Of a stretch of 64,000 bases of DNA, positions 8,278-17,688 are shown in pieces. This DNA is from Longimicrobiales bacterium. GTDB taxonomy: Bacteria; Gemmatimonadota; Gemmatimonadetes; Longimicrobiales; Gaopeijiaceae. Both the position numbers and the translations under genes were made by a program. The stretch is from positions 672,001 through 736,000 of the forward strand of contig JAWLHJ010000001.1 of assembly GCA_041690395.1 (NCBI GenBank). The letters run 5' to 3'. Every line of letters begins with the position of its first letter. The stretch's first letter is position 1. The notes below the pieces were generated by a model that saw only the letters and a program-made list of their open reading frames with translations, did not search any database and was not told the DNA's origin.

Positions 8278-10896
8278 ATGCCATTCACGACGCGTCTCCG
8301 ACCGTGGCGCCCCCGGGCACTTCTTCTCGTGCTCGCCGGGCTCGTCTCCTGCTCGGAGAATCCCACCGGGAACGAGCAGCCCACGCCCACGACCGTCTCT
8401 GTGTCCACGGCGAGCTTGTCGTTCTCCGCAGTCGATGACACAGCGAGGGTGTCCGCGACGGTGTTGGACCAGAACGGTGAAGCGCTGTCCGGGGCTCAGG
8501 TGAGCTGGTCGTCATCGGATCTCGAGGTGGTCACGGTTTCGGGGTCGGGACTCGTCACCGCGACGGGGAATGGTAACGCGACGGTCACCGCGGCCTCGGG
8601 TGACGCGCGTGGGGCCGTGAGTGTCGAGGTCGAACAAGTGCCTGTCCGATTACGCTTTACGCCGGATCCCGTCGCCCTCCCCGAGGTGGCCGACACGGTG
8701 ACCGTCGTCGCCCGCCTGGTGGACAGGAACGACAACCCGATGCCCACCGGCCCCGTGACGTGGATGTCCGACGCTCCCGACACGGTGTCCGTCTCGGAGT
8801 TCGGTCTCGTCACGGCCGAGGCCGAGGGTCAGACCCGCCTCTCCGCCGAAGCGGACGGATTCTCAGGCGAGCTGGCCGCGTTCGTCGGCAACGCGGTGGT
8901 CGTGATCGGGAGTGTGGGGCCGTCCCCGATGATCGACGGGGACACGGCGGTCATCAGGGGGCTCGGCTTCGACCCGAATCCGGCCGGCAACGCGGTGAGG
9001 CTCGACGGATTCGAGGCCACGGTCACGTCCGCTTCCTCGGTCGAGCTCCGAGTGGTGGTGCCGGACGCGGACTGTAGCCCGCCGCGGGAGGCCTGGGTGC
9101 GAGTGGCTGCCCGGGGCATGGTGGACTCCACGACCGCGCCCGTTCATCCGGCGAGCCTGAGCGCGCTCGCGGCTGGTGAAGGCGTCTACGCGACGGACGG
9201 ATGCGTGCACCTGGCGGCAGCGGACGGGGCGGCCGAGTACGTCGTGGGCATCCTGTCGGCGTCCGAGACGCCGAGCTCGCTCACTCCGGCGGCTCTGGCG
9301 GCCCGCGTCGGCTCGCGATCGGTCACCCTCGCGACTTCGGCGTCCCGGGTCGCGCGCTCCGGCTCGTCCGGGACGTCCGTCAAGGCGTTCTCGTCACCGT
9401 TCCGGGGGGCGGCCCACGCCGGCCCGACCACCACCGCGACGCGGGCGCCCGGCGCGGGCTCGGGGCTTCGGTCTCCGGGCCACGCCGCGGGGCTCGACCG
9501 GAGCGGAGAGGCGCGCGTCAGGGCGGCGGAGCGGGCATGGCTGGAGTCGCTCGGGCCGATCACGCCGGGGCCACGGCGGAGCCCGGCGGGTGCGCCGTCG
9601 GCCGCGCCGCCCGAGGTGGGCCAGACGTTGAATCTCAACATCCCCGATTTCGACGTTCCGGAGGATGTGTGTGAGGCCGGGACCGGCACCCCCGTCGAGG
9701 CGGTCGTCCGTTACGTGGGTGAGTCGGTGGCGTTCCTCGAGGATGTGGACAACCCGTCGGGTGGGTTCACCGTCACGGAGTACGCCGCCTTCGACGACTT
9801 CCTGACCGACACGACCATGGCCGTCATCACCGACTACTTCGGAGACTTCGCGGACGTGGACGACAACGGCCTCGTGTTCGTCCTGCTCTCGCAGGAGATC
9901 AACACGCGGGAGAACCTGGCCGGCTTCGTCTTCAGCGGCGACCTGGCCCCCTTGGGTGGGTTCCAGTGCGCGGCGGCCAACGACGCCGAGATCTTCTACG
10001 GGCTGGCGCCGGATCCGAACGGCGTCGCCAACCCTGACCGCCGGTTCACCAAGGACGAGCTCGAGCGCATCTACCCGCCGCTCATCGCCCACGAGCTCAC
10101 CCACGTGCTGCAGTTCACGCAGGCGTTCACGGCGTCCGGGGTCGTCCAGTCGTCGTGGCAGCTCGAGGGCGGTGCGACGCTCGCGGAGCAGCTCGTCGGC
10201 TACGATGTGTTCGGCCACGGCCCCAGGCAGAATCTGGGCTTCGGTGCGTGGGACGCGGGAGCCGACGACCAGGACGCCACCCCCGACTGGTATCGGGACT
10301 GGGTCGTCGATATGGCGCTCTACTTCGGCTTCCAGGGGAACGACCCGCCCCTCGCCGCCACCCCGGAGGAGTGCTCCTGGATCGGGCGGGAGGACGAGGG
10401 CAACACCGGCCCGTGCGAGAACCGGCGCGCCGTCTACGGGGTGCCCTCCACGCTGCTCCGGTGGGTGCTCGACCTCGGGGGGGACGATGCACAGGACGAC
10501 CGGGACCTCATGCGCCAGATGACGTCGTCCTCCACCACCGGCCTCGCCACGCTGGAGCAGGCCACCGGCGCGGACCGGCTCGACCTGCTGGTTCCGTTCG
10601 CGGTGACGCTGTGGGCGGACGGCAACCCCGCGCTTCCGGCGGACGAGCAGGACTGGCTCGAGTCCTGGGACATCCACGGCATCTACGAGTCGCTGAACCC
10701 GGACGCCGGCCTCCGGCCCTACACCAGCTCCGCGCCCGCACCGGACCTCGAGGTCGCCGTGCGGGCCGCGTCGAGCGCATATCTGGAGTGGACCGCCCCT
10801 TCCGATCACGCGCCTACGAGCCTCCGCATCCGGGCGCCGGCCGACGAAGGGCTGCTTCCGGAGCACATGATCCTCTGGGTCCTGCGCGTCCAATGA
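8278..10896 (+). CDS. lipoprotein with two Ig-like (Big_2) domains, an IPT/TIG domain and a HExxH zinc metallopeptidase domain
   Basis: Lipobox LAGLVSC; VSWSSSDLEVVTVSGSGLVTA and VTWMSDAPDTVSVSEFGLVTA; IRGLGFDPNPAGNAV; IAHELTHVLQF...WQLEGGA. Confidence 0.82.
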   Translation: MPFTTRLRPWRPRALLLVLAGLVSCSENPTGNEQPTPTTVSVSTASLSFSAVDDTARVSATVLDQNGEALSGAQVSWSSSDLEVVTVSGSGLVTATGNGNATVTAASGDARGAVSVEVEQVPVRLRFTPDPVALPEVADTVTVVARLVDRNDNPMPTGPVTWMSDAPDTVSVSEFGLVTAEAEGQTRLSAEADGFSGELAAFVGNAVVVIGSVGPSPMIDGDTAVIRGLGFDPNPAGNAVRLDGFEATVTSASSVELRVVVPDADCSPPREAWVRVAARGMVDSTTAPVHPASLSALAAGEGVYATDGCVHLAAADGAAEYVVGILSASETPSSLTPAALAARVGSRSVTLATSASRVARSGSSGTSVKAFSSPFRGAAHAGPTTTATRAPGAGSGLRSPGHAAGLDRSGEARVRAAERAWLESLGPITPGPRRSPAGAPSAAPPEVGQTLNLNIPDFDVPEDVCEAGTGTPVEAVVRYVGESVAFLEDVDNPSGGFTVTEYAAFDDFLTDTTMAVITDYFGDFADVDDNGLVFVLLSQEINTRENLAGFVFSGDLAPLGGFQCAAANDAEIFYGLAPDPNGVANPDRRFTKDELERIYPPLIAHELTHVLQFTQAFTASGVVQSSWQLEGGATLAEQLVGYDVFGHGPRQNLGFGAWDAGADDQDATPDWYRDWVVDMALYFGFQGNDPPLAATPEECSWIGREDEGNTGPCENRRAVYGVPSTLLRWVLDLGGDDAQDDRDLMRQMTSSSTTGLATLEQATGADRLDLLVPFAVTLWADGNPALPADEQDWLESWDIHGIYESLNPDAGLRPYTSSAPAPDLEVAVRAASSAYLEWTAPSDHAPTSLRIRAPADEGLLPEHMILWVLRVQ

Positions 10897-11438
10897 GCTG
10901 CCTCGGGAAGGTCGGGTCGCTCCTGGGCCCGCTCGCCATGTTGGTCGCGGCGGCTTGCGCATCCGCGCCCTCCGACGGGCCCGATGAGGGCACGGACGCG
11001 AGCGGCGCCACCAACTCGGCCACCGAGTGCGTGACCGGCGTCGTCGTCTCCGAGGGGATGGACATCGCGCCGCGGACGCTCGTACGCGCCGACGACGGAG
11101 GCACCACCGAGCTGCTAGGTGTCTTCGCGGGGAACGTCCGCCGGCTGACCGGCGCCACGGTGCGGGCCTGCGGGCCCGGCCGCACGTCCGAGGGCGCCCT
11201 CGAGGTCACGGAGGTCCACGTGCTGTCGGTCGACGGCATGCCCGCGGTGCTCGGCACCCTCCGCTCGGTCGTGTCCGGTTGGGCGATCGAGCCGCTCGGC
11301 GGCGGTGATCTCGTCCTGCTCAGCGCGATGCCGGCGAGGCTCCAGGCCGCCGAGGGCGAGGTCGTTTGGGTCGCGGGACCGGCCGCCGCCGAGGCTCTGG
11401 CCGTGCGGTCGTTCGCCGTCCTGGAGGGGTGGCGCTGA
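10893..11438 (+). CDS. hypothetical lipoprotein
   Basis: ATG overlaps the upstream TGA; hydrophobic leader with LVAAAC lipobox; protein-like composition only from 10893. Confidence 0.65.
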   Translation: MSCLGKVGSLLGPLAMLVAAACASAPSDGPDEGTDASGATNSATECVTGVVVSEGMDIAPRTLVRADDGGTTELLGVFAGNVRRLTGATVRACGPGRTSEGALEVTEVHVLSVDGMPAVLGTLRSVVSGWAIEPLGGGDLVLLSAMPARLQAAEGEVVWVAGPAAAEALAVRSFAVLEGWR

Positions 11439-12811
11439 CCGACGGCGTATCATCGCCCCCGCCGCAGGACGCGGGGCAGGCGGGCCACCCCGTTTCACCG
11501 CGCCGGCGGGTGCTCGCGCTGGCCTGGCCGATCGTCCTGGCCAACTCGGCCGTGCCGCTCCTGGGACTCGTCGACACCGCGGTCATCGGGAACACGGGGA
11601 CCGTGCAGGGGCTGGGAGCCATCGCCCTCGGCGCGATCGTCTTCAACTTCGCCTACTGGAGCTTCGGCTTCCTGCGCATGGGGACGACGGGCTTCACCGC
11701 CCAGGCGTCGGGCGCCGGTGACGAGGCCGAGGTGCGGGCGACGCTGGCCCGTGCGCTCCTGCTGGGCGGCGGCCTCGCCGCGCTGCTCCTGCTCTTCCAG
11801 CAACCTCTGATCGGGGTGTCCCTTCGTCTGCTCGGGCCGAGTGACGACGTGGCGGCGCTCACCCGGGCGTACTTCGACGTCCGCATCTGGGGCGCGCCCG
11901 CGAGCCTAGCGACGTTCGCGCTGCTCGGTACCTTCGTCGGGCTCGGCCGGACCGGCCTGTTGCTCAAGACACAGATCGCCCTCAACGGTCTCAACATCCT
12001 GCTCGACGTGGTGTTCGCGGGCGTGCTCGACTGGGGGGTCCGGGGCATCGCCCTCGGCACCGCCATCGCCGAGTGGACGACGCTCGGGCTGGCCCTGCTG
12101 CTCGCGTACCGGCTCCTACGTGACCGGCACGAGGACACGGAGCCGTTCTGGCCCTGGGATCGGGTGCTCGATCGGGAGAAGGCGAAGAAGACCCTGGGAG
12201 CCAACACCGACATCATGATCCGTACCCTGGCGCTGCTCGGGGGGTTCGCCTGGTTCACGAGTCAGGGCGCGCGTTTCGGCGACACGGTGCTCGCCGCGAA
12301 CCACGTCCTCCTCCAGCTCGTGTCGGCCAGCGCCTATCTGCTGGACGGATATGCGCACGCCACCGAAGTCATGGTCGGCCGTGCGATCGGCGCCCGTACC
12401 CGGGAAGCATTCGACCGGGCCGTGCGCGCCGCGACGGAGCTGGCCGGTGGCACGGCGGTCGTCCTCACGGCTCTCGTCTGGTGGGCCGGACCGGCGGTGA
12501 TCGCGTTGCTCACGGCGCACGAGCCCGTGCGCGCGGTCGCGTCGGACTATCTGCCGTACACCGCGGTATACGTGCTGGTCTCCTTCGCCGCGTTCCAGCT
12601 CGATGGCGTGTTCATCGGGGCTACGCGCACTCGGGACATGCGGAACGCCGGGCTGGCTTCCCTCGCCGTCTTCCTGGGCGCCTCCTGGCTGCTCGTGCCC
12701 GATTGGGCCAACACCGGTCTCTGGGTCGCGTTCGTTATCTACGTCGTGACCCGCGGTGTGACGCTGGCCGCGCGGATGCCGGCACTGCGCGCGTCCGTGG
12801 GGGAGGGGTAG
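11429..12811 (+). CDS. MATE family efflux transporter (DinF-like)
   Basis: LAWPIVLANSAVPLLGLVDTAVIG, FGFLRMGTTGFTAQA, about 12 TM helices. Start approximate. Confidence 0.92.
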   Translation: MALTDGVSSPPPQDAGQAGHPVSPRRRVLALAWPIVLANSAVPLLGLVDTAVIGNTGTVQGLGAIALGAIVFNFAYWSFGFLRMGTTGFTAQASGAGDEAEVRATLARALLLGGGLAALLLLFQQPLIGVSLRLLGPSDDVAALTRAYFDVRIWGAPASLATFALLGTFVGLGRTGLLLKTQIALNGLNILLDVVFAGVLDWGVRGIALGTAIAEWTTLGLALLLAYRLLRDRHEDTEPFWPWDRVLDREKAKKTLGANTDIMIRTLALLGGFAWFTSQGARFGDTVLAANHVLLQLVSASAYLLDGYAHATEVMVGRAIGARTREAFDRAVRAATELAGGTAVVLTALVWWAGPAVIALLTAHEPVRAVASDYLPYTAVYVLVSFAAFQLDGVFIGATRTRDMRNAGLASLAVFLGASWLLVPDWANTGLWVAFVIYVVTRGVTLAARMPALRASVGEG

Positions 12812-12830
12812 CGGCCGGAGCCAAGGCCTG

Positions 12831-14528
12831 TCAGAAGGCCTCGCGGAAGGCGGCGAGCTGCTCCTCGGATCCGATCGTCAGCAGCGTGGCTCCCGGCGTC
12901 AGCGTGGTGGAGGCCTGTGGGTCGGTCAGCAGCCGCCCTTCGATCTCGATGCCGATGACGGTAAGGCCGGTGCGTGCGCCGATGCCGCTCTCGCGAAGGG
13001 TGAGCCCCTCGAGCGACTTCGGGCAGGGGAGGTCGTGGAACCCGATCCCCTGGCCCAGGAGCACGGTGGGCCGGTCGTGGAGGAGGCTGAACAGGGATTC
13101 GACGCCGAGGGTGCTGTAGCTCAAGGTGAGGTCGGCGCCCGCCCGCTGGATGGACGGGAGATTCCGGTCATGGGTGATACGGCTGACGATCTGCGCTTCC
13201 GGGCTGATGCGCCGCGTGTACGAGGCCAGGTAGATGTTCGCCTCGTCCCGGTTCGTGGTGAGCAGCACGGACGGCGCGTTCTCGATGCCGACCTCCCGCA
13301 TGACGTCGCGGTCCGCGGCGTCGCCGATCACGAGACGGTCCGGCAGGTCTCCGATCTTGTGCGCGAGGTCCGGATTGCGCTCGACCATGTGTACCGGCAC
13401 GCCACGCTGCTTGAGCGCCCGGGCGGCGGCCCGGCCGACCTTGCCTCCACCCAGGATGATGACGGGGTTCCAGTTCGTGTCGTAGATGAACAGGTACTCG
13501 TTCAGACGATCGATCGCCTCCTGCGAGCCCGCGACGACCGGCAGCTCCAGATCCCGGAGCTCGAGGTCCGGCTTGGCGGCAAGGATGCGGCTCCTGTCCC
13601 AGACGCCGAGAACGCTCACGCCCGCGATCTCACGCAGGCGGCTCTCGGCGATCGTCTTGCCGACGAGCGGCGTGCCGTGCACCGAGAACTCGGCGATCAG
13701 CAGATCCCTGTAGCGGCCGATGACGTGCGCCTGGGCGTGACCGCCGTTGACGCGGTTGGCGAGCTGCTCGCCGAGGATCCGCTTCAGCGGGAGGACGTGG
13801 GTGCAGCCGCCGAGCTCGAGGATGTCGACCGAGTGCTCCTGCTCCGCGAATGCGACGATCTGGACGTCGGGCGAGACGTCGCGGATGGTGAGCGCCACGT
13901 TCGTGTTCATGAGGTCGTCGCGATTGAGCACGACCATGCGGGCCTTCTCCACCCGCAGCCGCTCGTAGGTTCGGATGGCGTCGACGGTCCCGCGGACCAC
14001 GGAGATGCCGTCGGAGTGCAGAGACGTGGCCGTGGCTCCGTCCTCGACCAGGACGAAGTAGGGGATGCCCTCACCCTCGAGCCGAGACGTCATGTCCTGG
14101 GCGACGCTGTCCCAGTGGATGAAGATGACGTGGCCCTCGGTTCCGGCCGGCAGCTCGTCGGGCACCCGGTGACGAAGCTGAGCCTCGAGCCACGGTGCGT
14201 AGAAATAGCGGATGAAGGCGAACGGCAGGACGATCAGGAGGAGGATGATGCCCGACACGAGCACGATCACGCTGAAGACCCGGCCGACGTCCGACGTGAA
14301 CGTGATGTCTCCGAAGCCGAGCGTGCTCATGACGGTCAACGTCCAGTACACGCCCGTCACCCACGAGTGGTCCACGCCCTCGATCTGGACCATGATCACG
14401 TGGAACAGCACCGAGTAGACGGCGATGACGGCCACGAGGAAGACCGCATACTTCACCAGGGCCCCGACGTTCTTGCGAAGGTCCTCGTCGCCGAGCGCGT
14501 AACCGAGATGGCCACTGAGGAACTTCAA
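12831..14528 (-). CDS. two-TM potassium channel protein with tandem RCK (TrkA-N/TrkA-C) domains
   Basis: Pore motif YWTLTVMSTLGFGDI; GGGKVG Rossmann motif; TrkA-C-like LVGKTIAESRLR and LEGLTLRESGIG. Confidence 0.9.
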   Translation of the reverse strand: MKFLSGHLGYALGDEDLRKNVGALVKYAVFLVAVIAVYSVLFHVIMVQIEGVDHSWVTGVYWTLTVMSTLGFGDITFTSDVGRVFSVIVLVSGIILLLIVLPFAFIRYFYAPWLEAQLRHRVPDELPAGTEGHVIFIHWDSVAQDMTSRLEGEGIPYFVLVEDGATATSLHSDGISVVRGTVDAIRTYERLRVEKARMVVLNRDDLMNTNVALTIRDVSPDVQIVAFAEQEHSVDILELGGCTHVLPLKRILGEQLANRVNGGHAQAHVIGRYRDLLIAEFSVHGTPLVGKTIAESRLREIAGVSVLGVWDRSRILAAKPDLELRDLELPVVAGSQEAIDRLNEYLFIYDTNWNPVIILGGGKVGRAAARALKQRGVPVHMVERNPDLAHKIGDLPDRLVIGDAADRDVMREVGIENAPSVLLTTNRDEANIYLASYTRRISPEAQIVSRITHDRNLPSIQRAGADLTLSYSTLGVESLFSLLHDRPTVLLGQGIGFHDLPCPKSLEGLTLRESGIGARTGLTVIGIEIEGRLLTDPQASTTLTPGATLLTIGSEEQLAAFREAF

Positions 14529-14705
14529 GGAGCGCGCTCCGGTGGTTGGCGGATGGGGCGGACGGGACGACCGGGCCGCGGGACCCGCCGGACGGTAGAT
14601 ATGGCCACGCCGGGGGGCAAGCGCTTACACTCGGGGCCGGAAGCGCGCCGCGCCATCCGCATGGCCCGCGACCCCACGATGCCCATCCGATCTCCGGAGT
14701 CCTAC

Positions 14706-16049
14706 ATGAAGCGTTCATCTCGCCCCTGGTCCCGATCGACCGTTCTGTTGGCTCTGGCCGGAACGACACTGCTGGCCGCGGCGTGTGGCGGAGGCGAGTC
14801 CGGCGCTCCCGAGACGGAGACCGAGGCCCAGCTCGTCGAGCGCGCCCGGGGCATCCATGAGCGGGTGATCACGCTCGACACGCATGCCGACATCAACGCG
14901 GCGAACTTCACGGCCGAGCGCAACTACACGATGGACCTCCCGACCCAGGTGACGCTCCCGAAGATGGAGTCCGGAGGCCTCGACGCCGCTTTCTTCATCG
15001 TCTACGTGGGGCAGGGACCGCTGACGCCCGAGGGATATGCGGACGCGCACGCGGCCGCCGTCGAGAAGTTCGAGGCGATCCACCGCCTGACGGAAGAGAT
15101 CGCGCCGGATCGGATCGGCCTGGCGCTGACCTCCGACGACGTGCGGAGGATCGACGGCGAGGGGCGGAAGGTCGCGCTCATCGGCATCGAGAACGCCTAC
15201 CAGGTTGGTACGGACCTGGGCAATATCGCCGACTTCCACGCCCGGGGCGGGCGGTACATGTCGCTCGCGCACAACGGACACAGCCAGTTCTCGGACTCGA
15301 ACACGGGCGAGGGCTCCGGGGACTTTCTCCACGGAGGGCTGAGCGAGCTCGGTCTGCAGGCGGTCGACGAGATGAACCGGCTCGGGATCATGATCGACAT
15401 CTCGCATCCATCGAAGCCGTCGATCATGCAGACGCTCGAGCGGTCGCGGGCGCCGGTGATCGCGTCGCACTCCTCCGCTCGGGCCCTCAACGACGTCAGC
15501 CGGAACCTCGACGACGAGCAGCTCCTCGCGGTGCGTGACAACGGCGGCGTCGTGCAGACCGTCGCGTTCCGGAGCTATCTGGATTCCGAGAAGCACGCTG
15601 CGTACCAGGCGGCGGTCGATGCGCTGCACCAGGACATCGCGTCGGAGATGGGCTTCGAGCTCCTGGGACGCGGCGCCGTCTTCCAGCTCCCGGAGGCGGA
15701 GCGGGAGGCGTACATGGCGCGCATGGAGGAGCTGGAGGCCCTGGCCGAGCCGCGTATGGCGGCGGAAGTCCACGCGGTCGCGCCGCCGGTGGACGTCGCC
15801 GACTTCGTGGACCACATCGACTACATGGTGGATCTCATCGGGATCGAGCACGTGGGCATCAGCTCCGACTTCGACGGAGGGGGCGGCGTCGAGGGATGGT
15901 CCGACGCGTCCGAGACGTTCAACGTCACCCTGGAGCTGGTCCGACGCGGCTACGACGAGCGGGAGATCGGGATGCTGTGGAGCGGGAACCTGCTCCGGGT
16001 CCTGGACGAGGTGCAGGCCGTGGCCGCAGAGGTCCAGGCCGGGGGGTGA
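14706..16049 (+). CDS. membrane dipeptidase (peptidase M19) lipoprotein
   Basis: LDTHAD, IGIEN, MIDISH, VIASHS, DHIDY...HVGISSDFDGGG; lipobox LLAAAC. Confidence 0.93.
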   Translation: MKRSSRPWSRSTVLLALAGTTLLAAACGGGESGAPETETEAQLVERARGIHERVITLDTHADINAANFTAERNYTMDLPTQVTLPKMESGGLDAAFFIVYVGQGPLTPEGYADAHAAAVEKFEAIHRLTEEIAPDRIGLALTSDDVRRIDGEGRKVALIGIENAYQVGTDLGNIADFHARGGRYMSLAHNGHSQFSDSNTGEGSGDFLHGGLSELGLQAVDEMNRLGIMIDISHPSKPSIMQTLERSRAPVIASHSSARALNDVSRNLDDEQLLAVRDNGGVVQTVAFRSYLDSEKHAAYQAAVDALHQDIASEMGFELLGRGAVFQLPEAEREAYMARMEELEALAEPRMAAEVHAVAPPVDVADFVDHIDYMVDLIGIEHVGISSDFDGGGGVEGWSDASETFNVTLELVRRGYDEREIGMLWSGNLLRVLDEVQAVAAEVQAGG

Positions 16050-16852
16050 GTCAGGAACCCCACGACGTCTGGGCCCGTGAGTACGACCTCGTCCTCGAGC
16101 GCACGTTCGGGCCGGCGTACGCCGCGTTCACGGAGCTGACGCTCGAGATCATCGAGGAGCGGGTCCCACCGCCCGCGCGTGTGGTCGATTTCGGGGCGGG
16201 GACGGGGCGACTGGCGCTCCCGCTGGCGAACGCCGGGTACCGGGTCACCGCGGTGGACCCGTCCCGCCCCATGCTGGCCCGCCTCGGGGAGAAGGAAGGC
16301 CTCGCGGACGAAGAGCGCTATCTCGCCAACAAGCGAGGTCCCGAGGATGGCGGGCGGGGCTGCACGGCCGTGCCCGCATGTCCCGTGCGGCGCGTCGTGT
16401 CACGCCTCGAGGCGTACCGTGGGCGGGAGGACCACGACCTCGCGCTGTGCGTGTTCAGCGTGATCGGGTATCTGCTCGACGAGGAAGCGCTCGAGGCCGC
16501 GTGCCGCGTGATGGCGTCGTCGGTCAGGGAAGGGGGACGGCTCCTGATCGACATCCCGGGACCGGACGTCTTCGAGGGGTTCGAGGTCGAGACGGACGAC
16601 GTGCTCCGGTACGTGGACATGGAGCGGGTGGAGGCGCAGGGTCCCGGCGAGGTCTATGCGTATCGGGAGCGGACGGCCGTGCGCTCCCGTGGACGCGAGC
16701 GACGCTTCGAGGACGCGTTTCGCGTGCGTCGATGGCCGAGGGACGCGGTGGAGGCGGCGCTGACGCGTGCCGGTTTCATGCTCGAGGAAGACCTGTCGGG
16801 CCGGTTCGCGGATTGGGGTGCGGGGTACCTGCTGCTTCGACGCGCGGGCTGA
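16046..16852 (+). CDS. class I SAM-dependent methyltransferase
   Basis: VVDFGAGTGR, VTAVDPSRPML, GGRLLID; GTG overlaps the upstream TGA. Confidence 0.88.
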   Translation: MSQEPHDVWAREYDLVLERTFGPAYAAFTELTLEIIEERVPPPARVVDFGAGTGRLALPLANAGYRVTAVDPSRPMLARLGEKEGLADEERYLANKRGPEDGGRGCTAVPACPVRRVVSRLEAYRGREDHDLALCVFSVIGYLLDEEALEAACRVMASSVREGGRLLIDIPGPDVFEGFEVETDDVLRYVDMERVEAQGPGEVYAYRERTAVRSRGRERRFEDAFRVRRWPRDAVEAALTRAGFMLEEDLSGRFADWGAGYLLLRRAG

Positions 16853-16901
16853 CCTCGCGCGCTGAGCGGGACCCGCGAGAGCACCGGTGGCGGACGAAGC
16901 G

Positions 16902-16935
16902 AAAAGGGGCGGCCGGACCGGGTCCGGCCGCCCCT
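16902..16935 (-). terminator. intrinsic terminator downstream of the YceI gene, between convergent genes
   Basis: Inverted repeat AGGGGCGGCCGGACC / GGTCCGGCCGCCCCT followed by a short T run on the minus strand. Confidence 0.75.
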
Positions 16936-16983
16936 CACCTGCTGCCCACGCGTCCGCCTCCGAAGGCCGCGCGTGGGGTCACG

Positions 16984-17544
16984 TCAGGCCTCGACGCCGG
17001 CTTCCTGCTCCTGCACCGCCTGGACCTGGAGCTCGATCTTCACGTCGTGGCCGACCAGCACGCCACCCGTCTCGAGGGCCTGGTTCCATGTGAGCTCGAA
17101 GTCACGCCGGTCGATCTTCGTGCTGGCGCTGAAGCCGGCGCGCGTACCGCCCCACGGGTCGGTGCCGGTGCCCTCGAAGCGTGCGTCCAGGGTGACCTCC
17201 TTCGTCACGCCGCGAATCGTGAGGTCGCCGACGATCTCGAAGTCCGCGCCCGGCTCGACGACCAGGCCCCGGATTTCCTTGCTCCGGAAGGTGAGCTTCG
17301 GATAGCTCTCGACGTCGAGGAAGTCGCCCGAGCGGAGATGCACGTCCCGGTCCTCGACCTGGGTGTCGATGGAGGCCGCGTCGATGTCGACGCGCACGGA
17401 CGATGCGTTCGGGTCGTCCTGGTCGAGCTCCACGGTGCCCTCGACCGCGGAGAAGCGCCCCCGGACGGTCGTGAACATCATGTGCTTGACGGCAAACTCA
17501 ACCTGGGTGTGGGTCGGATCCAGCGTCCAAACGGTCCGGCTCAT
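16984..17544 (-). CDS. yceI: YceI family polyisoprenoid-binding protein
   Basis: WTLDPTHTQVEFAVKHMM, RDVHLRSGDFLD, GDLTIRGVTKEV, DPWGGTRAGF. Confidence 0.93.
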   Translation of the reverse strand: MSRTVWTLDPTHTQVEFAVKHMMFTTVRGRFSAVEGTVELDQDDPNASSVRVDIDAASIDTQVEDRDVHLRSGDFLDVESYPKLTFRSKEIRGLVVEPGADFEIVGDLTIRGVTKEVTLDARFEGTGTDPWGGTRAGFSASTKIDRRDFELTWNQALETGGVLVGHDVKIELQVQAVQEQEAGVEA

Positions 17545-17615
17545 GTCGATCTCTCCTCTGTCCCGCTCGTGAAAGCGATGGGGACAAGTGGTGCAGGGTT
17601 CGATAGATGAAGTTT

Positions 17616-17643
17616 AAAGTAACGACTCTGCTCACCACGTCAA
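17616..17643 (-). promoter_or_regulatory. possible sigma70 promoter for yceI
   Basis: Minus strand TTGACG-N16-TACTTT in a locally AT-rich patch. Confidence 0.35.
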
Positions 17644-17688
17644 CCCGTGAGCGTCCGAGGCCGTGTCATGCGAGCGGACTCAGCCGGG

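Noticed and set aside
7799..8284. N-terminal extensions of ORFs 6035-8284 and 7792-10896
   Set aside because: They overlap the antitoxin gene and each other; better starts exist at 7798 (ATGA coupling) and 8278 (signal peptide).
14300..14335. K+ channel filter reads TLGFG rather than TVGYG
   Set aside because: GFG is a common natural variant in potassium channels.
13035..14705. Apparent 1004-aa fusion in front of the dipeptidase; likewise the extension 44441-45178 before the first amidohydrolase
   Set aside because: The extensions overlap other real genes and are shadow or low-complexity translations; signal peptides mark the true starts.
16290..16390. About 25-aa insertion in the methyltransferase (ADEERYLANKRGPEDGGRGCTAVPAC)
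   Set aside because: It is in frame with no terminal repeats or intein motifs, so a mobile origin cannot be supported.
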